Of a stretch of DNA of 64,000 nt, positions 58,677 through 64,000 are shown piece after piece. The notes beneath the pieces are model-generated. The model was not told the origin of the DNA, made no database searches, and saw only the letters and a list, made by a program, of their open reading frames with translations. A program made the position numbers and the translations under genes. Where the stretch lies: the NCBI GenBank assembly GCA_037128175.1, contig JBAXWY010000002.1, forward strand, positions 32,001-96,000, in the 5' to 3' direction. How positions within the stretch are numbered: position 1 is the stretch's first letter; each line of letters starts with the position of its first letter. The stretch is from Methanothrix sp. (GTDB lineage: Archaea > Halobacteriota > Methanosarcinia > Methanotrichales > Methanotrichaceae).

Positions 58677-58935
58677 GGAAACCTGGCAGCAAACCTATTT
58701 TTTGATCCGCTTATAGAGTCGGATTTCCAGGCGTTCTAATTGATTGAATAATATAAATATAATCCACCAGCGAATAGGAAATCTCTATAGGCCATCCTCT
58801 CATGGCGATATATAGAATTAGATCCCAATAGATTCGACCCAGAAAGAAGAGGCTCTTAGAAAGCAAAAGGAATAAATGGTTAAAGCTCACCTACCTGAAA
58901 AAGGGGTCTGATTGAGTACCCTTTTGAGAATGGAG

Positions 58936-59352
58936 GTTCATGAAATGAAGTTGATTCTTACATTATTCGTCGTCACGGTTCTTCTGGCAAGCGTTGCCGT
59001 CACGGCCAGCGCTGCCGATGTTCTGGATTTGAGCACATTAGGAAAAAAACCGAGCATAGAGGCCGTTTCTCTGCCCAGGCTCTCACCCACAATGCCGACT
59101 ATTGCCGCAACCTCTCTGGGGGGCAACCTGAATAGCAATGTGCTCGATCTCAGCACCCTGGGAAAGAAAGCACTGCTCAATGTGAACACGACCATGATCA
59201 AGGATGCATCTCCGGTTACAATCACACCCATGTTCGCCATTAAGAATACCAATGTAACCAACCAGGCCGGATCTGTCATTACCCTGCCCCAGGCAATTTC
59301 TGCCAACCCCTCCGTCTACACCCCGCCCATTGCCATCTTTGGCGGAGCTTAA
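58936..59352 (+). CDS. Secreted low-complexity protein with duplicated VLDLSTLGKK
   Basis: Signal peptide after SD GGAGGT (ATG about 58945); Thr/Pro-rich; start approximate. Confidence 0.7.
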   Translation, partial: VHEMKLILTLFVVTVLLASVAVTASAADVLDLSTLGKKPSIEAVSLPRLSPTMPTIAATSLGGNLNSNVLDLSTLGKKALLNVNTTMIKDASPVTITPMFAIKNTNVTNQAGSVITLPQAISANPSVYTPPIAIFGGA

Positions 59353-59363
59353 AGAGGAAGAAA

Positions 59364-59513
59364 ATGGATGTTTCGCTGAAAGTGGATGGAATGGCGGTTG
59401 ATTTAAATGCCTTCACGAAAGAGATCATCGGCAATGTGGCAGTAGCTATGGCCGAGTCTCTGCGTGGAGTGGGCCAGGACTGGAAAGGAATTGAGATCAG
59501 AATAGATAAGTGA
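59364..59513 (+). CDS. 49-aa small protein resembling the MobB C-terminal-like domain
   Basis: MDVSLKVDGMAVDLNAFTKEIIGNVAVAMAESLRGVGQDWKGIEIRIDK; SD GAGG. Confidence 0.65.
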   Translation: MDVSLKVDGMAVDLNAFTKEIIGNVAVAMAESLRGVGQDWKGIEIRIDK

Positions 59514-59521
59514 TTTAACTC

Positions 59522-59995
59522 TCAATCCTTCTTGCCTTTTTTAAAGACAGATGCGAGATCAATAAAATAAGTGCCTTCCTTGACCGCCATAATCAGTTCA
59601 TCCCTCTCGAATAGAGACGGCAGATTCAGCTCGTAGGTGCCAGGTGCCGTTATCTTGACGCTCTCCAAAGTCTTCTCATCACTTTGATGGATATCATCGA
59701 TTTTTTTCTTGACCGGGATGCAAAGCGTCGGAGAAGCGGTTGCAGCAGGAGCGGTTTTTTGCGAAGCCTGCATCACCTCATCTATTGCCATCGACTCTTT
59801 TTCCCTTCTCCCGGGAGGTATCCGTACACCCATAGCCCGATTTATGATGGACTTTGGCTGTAGCACCTCTGCCTTCTGATCCTGCTGCTCTTTTTTCACG
59901 AACATGAACTTCTTCCAGCCGCAATTGGGGCAGCCCTTCAGGATATCCTCCCCTAAGTCGAAGACATTGCTACAACGGGTACATATATGGGGCAT
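59522..59995 (-). CDS. Zn-ribbon protein OapC-like (DUF2072)
   Basis: MPHICTRC, GCPNCGWKKF, ESVKI..PGTYELNL, EGTY.I. Confidence 0.85.
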   Translation of the reverse strand: MPHICTRCSNVFDLGEDILKGCPNCGWKKFMFVKKEQQDQKAEVLQPKSIINRAMGVRIPPGRREKESMAIDEVMQASQKTAPAATASPTLCIPVKKKIDDIHQSDEKTLESVKITAPGTYELNLPSLFERDELIMAVKEGTYFIDLASVFKKGKKD

Positions 59996-60364
59996 CTAGT
60001 CCCCCACGGAGACCTTGGTGCTGATCTGATATTTGTCTTTCTCAATGGTGCGTAGCTGGTTGGCAGGACCGATGACCGTCATCCTGCCCTTAAGAGCTCT
60101 GCCAAATATCTTGTCCAAAAACGATCCTTCCTTCTTGGAAGGGTAGCTCTCTATCTCTATTCCTGAGAACTCGTCCACCCGAATCTCGGTCATGGTCATC
60201 TCGATGAGGCGCACCTCCTCATCAGAGGTCAGGCCGCACTCTAAAACCACAATCTTGCCGTTCTTGACCTTGTCCAGGATGAGCCGAATCTTCTCCATGG
60301 AGGTCATTTTCTCCAGCTTCTCCCCGGAGATGAGGTCCATTTGCACTTCTCTCATCAAGATCAC
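59996..60364 (-). CDS. OapB-like protein (DUF2073)
   Basis: [36 protein letters not shown]. Confidence 0.88.
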   Translation of the reverse strand: MILMREVQMDLISGEKLEKMTSMEKIRLILDKVKNGKIVVLECGLTSDEEVRLIEMTMTEIRVDEFSGIEIESYPSKKEGSFLDKIFGRALKGRMTVIGPANQLRTIEKDKYQISTKVSVGD

Positions 60365-60999
60365 CCAAAATGAGCTGCTATCGCCTGATAAAGGTTATCT
60401 ATATTCGATCCTTCCAGGGCGGAGATGGGCACCATGGCATGCTGAGGGAAAGCTGCCTTAATTCTGGCCGGCGAGGCGTTGGGCAGATCCATCTTATTGG
60501 CCACAATGAGGAGGGGAAGCTTCCGGGCTTCCATGTTTCCAATCACTACCACATTGACCTGAGTATAAGGATCCTCGGTTGAGTCCATAACTAATAGCAC
60601 GCCGTCCAGGTCATCCAGCCATTTGATAGCTTCAATGACGCCTTCCGTAGCTTCCTTGGCCCTCTTCTTAGACTCGACCTCAGAAAGGCCATAGATCATG
60701 AACTCCTTGAAATCGACCTTTGTGGCCATGCCTGGTGTATCGACTATATCCAGCTCGATGCTCGATCCGTTGGCGTTGATCACCACGCCCTCCTTTCTCA
60801 TGGCCCTGCGAGTCTCATGTGGAATAGGGGAAGCCTCTCCAAAGCTCTCTCCCTCACTCCAGTCGTGCAGAATCCGGTTGGCCAGTGTAGTCTTTCCGGC
60901 ATTAGGCGGGCCGTAAAGTCCGATCTTGGCCCTCTTCTTTTTAAATATCCTGTTTATCCAGGTCCCAAGGCTCTCCTTGAGGCTACTGATGATACCCAT
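60361..60999 (-). CDS. Era-like GTPase OapA
   Basis: [30 protein letters not shown]. Confidence 0.9.
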   Translation of the reverse strand: MGIISSLKESLGTWINRIFKKKRAKIGLYGPPNAGKTTLANRILHDWSEGESFGEASPIPHETRRAMRKEGVVINANGSSIELDIVDTPGMATKVDFKEFMIYGLSEVESKKRAKEATEGVIEAIKWLDDLDGVLLVMDSTEDPYTQVNVVVIGNMEARKLPLLIVANKMDLPNASPARIKAAFPQHAMVPISALEGSNIDNLYQAIAAHFG

Positions 61000-61070
61000 G
61001 TCTTACCTCAGAGATGATAAGCGCATATCTCTACTAATAATTTTCCATGGAAAAAATTAAAAAAAATGCC

Positions 61071-62165
61071 TTAGCCAAAGATTTCCTGGGCCGGGCAATG
61101 GCAGACGAATCCCTCGAACTGCCCAGAGCTACGTAGAGCCTTCCAGGCATCTTTCAGGGAAGAGTCCTTGATATTGGCATAGCTCTCCTGCAAATAGGGA
61201 CAGGCCCTGACGCTGCCGTCAACCGCCACATGCATCCACCTTCTCCCAGCCATGCAGCCCAGCAATTGGCCCTCAAAATAGGTATTGGCAAAAAGCCGCG
61301 GGCCGCCCGGCGTGGAGTTGATCTTCTTGTAGAGGTCTATGATCTTCTCCTTCTCAATCAATGTCAGCTTTTCCTCAGGAGTCCTCGGCATGCCCTCCCA
61401 GATGGACAGCTCCTGCACCCCCAATTTTGCAGCCAAATCGTAGAGATCCGAGATCCTGTCCACCTGACCGGCCTTTATATGACAGGACATAGTTACCATC
61501 AATCCCGTCTGTAGAGCGATCTGTATGGCTTCTATTGCCTTGGCATGAGCCCCTACTACCCCCCTCACCAGGTCGTGCTCCTCGGGATTGGTGCTGTAAA
61601 CGCCAATGACGAGATTATAAAGCCCGGCTTCTCTGAGCTTGACCGCCTTCTCTACGGTCATGTCCAGACCCGGCGTGAAGAGGTTGACTACGGCCTTCTC
61701 CGGATCGACGTGCTTTATCAGTTCGTTGATATCCTCTCGCAAAAGGGGATCGCCTTCGGTAAAGGTGACGATGCAGGTGCCCATATCCAGGGCCTGGTCG
61801 ATGGTGCGCAAAATGTCCTCGCGGGAGAGCTCTCCCTCGCCCTCTTTTATCAGGCAGTGGTCGCATTTTGCCCCGCAGCGTCTTGTAACCTCGATGGAGA
61901 GAGTCTGAGGCACCGGCCGGCCTATCGCTGCCCGTGCTTCATTGACCAGAAGCCTCCGGAAGGGGCCGCTGGGAATGGGCGGAAGCCATGTACAGGCAAC
62001 GATATCCTTCAGCCTGACCTGAGCAGGCTTTTCTTCCGCCAGCCTCTGGTTTATCATCTTCAAAACCGGCTGGATCATCCGTGCCAGAGCGCCCGATGCC
62101 TGCAGGGCTCGAAGATCCCGATCATAGTCCACAGATAGCGCGGCCGTCTTGATAAGCTGGGTCAT
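61071..62165 (-). CDS. Radical SAM protein with SPASM/twitch tail
   Basis: [17 protein letters not shown]...DGSVRACPY. Confidence 0.88.
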   Translation of the reverse strand: MTQLIKTAALSVDYDRDLRALQASGALARMIQPVLKMINQRLAEEKPAQVRLKDIVACTWLPPIPSGPFRRLLVNEARAAIGRPVPQTLSIEVTRRCGAKCDHCLIKEGEGELSREDILRTIDQALDMGTCIVTFTEGDPLLREDINELIKHVDPEKAVVNLFTPGLDMTVEKAVKLREAGLYNLVIGVYSTNPEEHDLVRGVVGAHAKAIEAIQIALQTGLMVTMSCHIKAGQVDRISDLYDLAAKLGVQELSIWEGMPRTPEEKLTLIEKEKIIDLYKKINSTPGGPRLFANTYFEGQLLGCMAGRRWMHVAVDGSVRACPYLQESYANIKDSSLKDAWKALRSSGQFEGFVCHCPAQEIFG

Positions 62166-62262
62166 TATGCTCCTACTTTTTCGTGGCAGTTATAGAGTTA
62201 TCGCTACAGGAAGAGATAAGGTTAAATTGACCTTGCCTCTTGTACGAAAGTGGTGTTGCGAA

Positions 62263-63444
62263 GTGTCTGAAGTTGTACTGGCCTATTCCGGCGGCCTGGA
62301 TACATCTGTTTGTATTCCGCTCCTCAAAGAGCGCTATGGATTTGATAGAATAGTCACCGTTCTGGTGGACGTAGGCCAGCCGCGCTCAGATATCGAGCGG
62401 GGAAACCGCAGAGCAAAGCAGCTGGCGGACGAGCACTACATCATAGATGCAAGAGAAGAGTTCGTAAAGGACTACATCTTTCCGCTCATCAAAGCCAACG
62501 GCTCTTATGAGGGATATGTTCTGGGAACGGCCATTGCCCGGCCGCTGATCGCCATCAAAGCAGTCGAGATCGCCAAGCAAAAAGGCATAAAGAACCTGGC
62601 GCACGGATGCACCGGTCGCGGCAACGACCAGCTGCGCTTCGAAGCCATCTTCCGGGCGACAGACTGCCGGGTCATAGCACCCATGCGAGAGTTGGACTTA
62701 GCCCGCGAATGGGAGATAGATTATGCGCGCGAGCACGGCATTGAAGTTACCGTAACCCGTGATCGGCCCTGGTCGATAGATGAGAACATCTGGTCCAGGT
62801 CCATTGAGGGAGGCCTTCTGGAGGACCCCTACTTCGAGCCGCCCGAGGAGATCTACGGCTGGACCAAAAAGCCGGATGCAAGCAAGAAGGCGCTGGTAGT
62901 GGAGATCGGATTTGTCCAGGGTGTTCCCGTCTCTTTGGACGGCGTGCCGATGGGTGGTGTTGAGCTGATTGAGAAGCTCAATTTGATGGGCGGCGAGCAC
63001 GGCGTGGGCAGGACGGATATGGTGGAGGACAGGGTGCTGGGCCTGAAGGCGCGCGAGAACTATGAGCATCCTGCTGCAACTATTATCCTCACGGCGCATA
63101 AGGACCTAGAGCATCTGGTCTTATCCCGGGCCGAGCTTCGCTTCAAGGTCATGGTGGATGAGGCCTGGTCGGAGCTGGCCTATATGGGCCTGGTGGAGGA
63201 TCCGCTATATCCTGATCTGAATGCCTTCCTGGATCAGTCCCAAAAGAGGGTCAACGGCTCGGTCAAGATGAAGCTCTACTGCGGAAATGCCATTCCCCTG
63301 GGCCGCCAATCGCCCGATGCACTCTATGCTCAGGACATGGTCTCCTTCGACTCCCAGACCTTGAGCCAGAAGGATGCTGAAGGCTTTGCCAAGTACCATG
63401 GCTTCCAGGCCAGGCTTCTCAAAAGGAAGCAACTTAAGAGCTAG
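62263..63444 (+). CDS. argG: Argininosuccinate synthase
   Basis: [37 protein letters not shown]. Confidence 0.97.
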   Translation: MSEVVLAYSGGLDTSVCIPLLKERYGFDRIVTVLVDVGQPRSDIERGNRRAKQLADEHYIIDAREEFVKDYIFPLIKANGSYEGYVLGTAIARPLIAIKAVEIAKQKGIKNLAHGCTGRGNDQLRFEAIFRATDCRVIAPMRELDLAREWEIDYAREHGIEVTVTRDRPWSIDENIWSRSIEGGLLEDPYFEPPEEIYGWTKKPDASKKALVVEIGFVQGVPVSLDGVPMGGVELIEKLNLMGGEHGVGRTDMVEDRVLGLKARENYEHPAATIILTAHKDLEHLVLSRAELRFKVMVDEAWSELAYMGLVEDPLYPDLNAFLDQSQKRVNGSVKMKLYCGNAIPLGRQSPDALYAQDMVSFDSQTLSQKDAEGFAKYHGFQARLLKRKQLKS

Positions 63445-63449
63445 AAGAA

Positions 63450-63908
63450 ATGATGGTCAGGAGAGCTGAGCCCGGGGATCTGGCCCAGATCGTGCAGATC
63501 GAGGGGCTCTGCTTCCCGGAGGAGACCGCTTTTCCGCCCAAGATGTTCGCCTACCTGATACGCTATGCGGTGTCTCTGGTAGCCTGTGAGCCGGAGAAGA
63601 AAGTATTAGGCTTCATCATGGGATATACCAGTGGAAAGGCAGGTGCCGTCTATACCCTGGACGTCCATCCCGGATACCGCAGGAAAGGCATCGGCAGCAA
63701 TCTCCTCCAGTCTTTAGAGGATACCTTGGCACAACAAGGTGCCCAGGCGATCCGACTTGAGGCCGCTTTAGATAAGCCGGGAGCAGTAGAGCTTTACAGA
63801 AAAGCCGGCTACCAGGAGAGGGAGCTGGTCAGAAACTATTATGGTCGAGGCAATCATGCCGTGCGGATGTGGAAGAATTTGGATGTGTGCTTATGCTTAA
63901 CGACGTAG
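63450..63908 (+). CDS. GNAT acetyltransferase (RimI-like)
   Basis: LDVHPGYRRKGIG, LYRKAGY, NYY. Confidence 0.85.
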   Translation: MMVRRAEPGDLAQIVQIEGLCFPEETAFPPKMFAYLIRYAVSLVACEPEKKVLGFIMGYTSGKAGAVYTLDVHPGYRRKGIGSNLLQSLEDTLAQQGAQAIRLEAALDKPGAVELYRKAGYQERELVRNYYGRGNHAVRMWKNLDVCLCLTT

Positions 63909-64000
63909 CCCGGATGAGAAGCGGCGAGATGGAGGCCGAGCTTTCTGCCAAGGTAGATAAGCTGATAGACGAGTTCATGGCCATAGTTGACGCGAAGACC
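63893..64000 (+). CDS. 5' fragment of a CDS running off the window
   Basis: Open frame MLNDVARMRSGEMEAELSAKVDKLIDEFMAIVDAKT; product not identifiable. Confidence 0.5.
   Translation, partial: MLNDVARMRSGEMEAELSAKVDKLIDEFMAIVDAKT

Noticed and set aside
59993-59998. In-frame TAG-ATG junctions (oapB/oapC; also ZPR1/cofD at 50638-50643) as pyrrolysine read-through
   Set aside because: Both partners are complete known proteins and no pyl genes are in the window; translational coupling explains the junctions

Overview
Archaeal methanogen DNA, most consistent with Methanothrix/Methanosarcinales (inferred from the complete mtrEDCBAFGH operon, mtd, cofD/cofG, egsA, carS, methanogenesis marker 12 and GGAGGTGA-type SD sites). 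Most of the window is core housekeeping with four tRNAs, two of them intron-containing. There are two accessory blocks. The first is an AT-richer surface-glycan island (about 10.0-21.6 kb) beside tRNA-Arg, encoding five glycosyltransferases, a Stealth-family phosphoglycosyltransferase, a deacetylase, Wzm/Wzt and a methyltransferase. The second, about 42-48 kb, is the most interesting. It carries five copies of a palindromic operator, GTAAAC-N17-GTTTAC, four of them 12-13 nt behind a shared BRE/TATA. Three of those promoters appear to drive paralogous ~100-nt hairpin-ended non-coding RNAs, one drives a membrane microprotein, and the fifth site precedes a Na+/solute symporter. The block also encodes a tandem winged-HTH-like protein, a RHH-like protein, a degenerate TOPRIM protein, a DUF2958-like protein and several unannotated microproteins. 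Separately, aIF-1A appears to need a non-canonical CTG start, and a KaiC-like ATPase heads a glycogen operon with a GT3-type synthase. All family calls come from motif recognition by eye; no searches were run.
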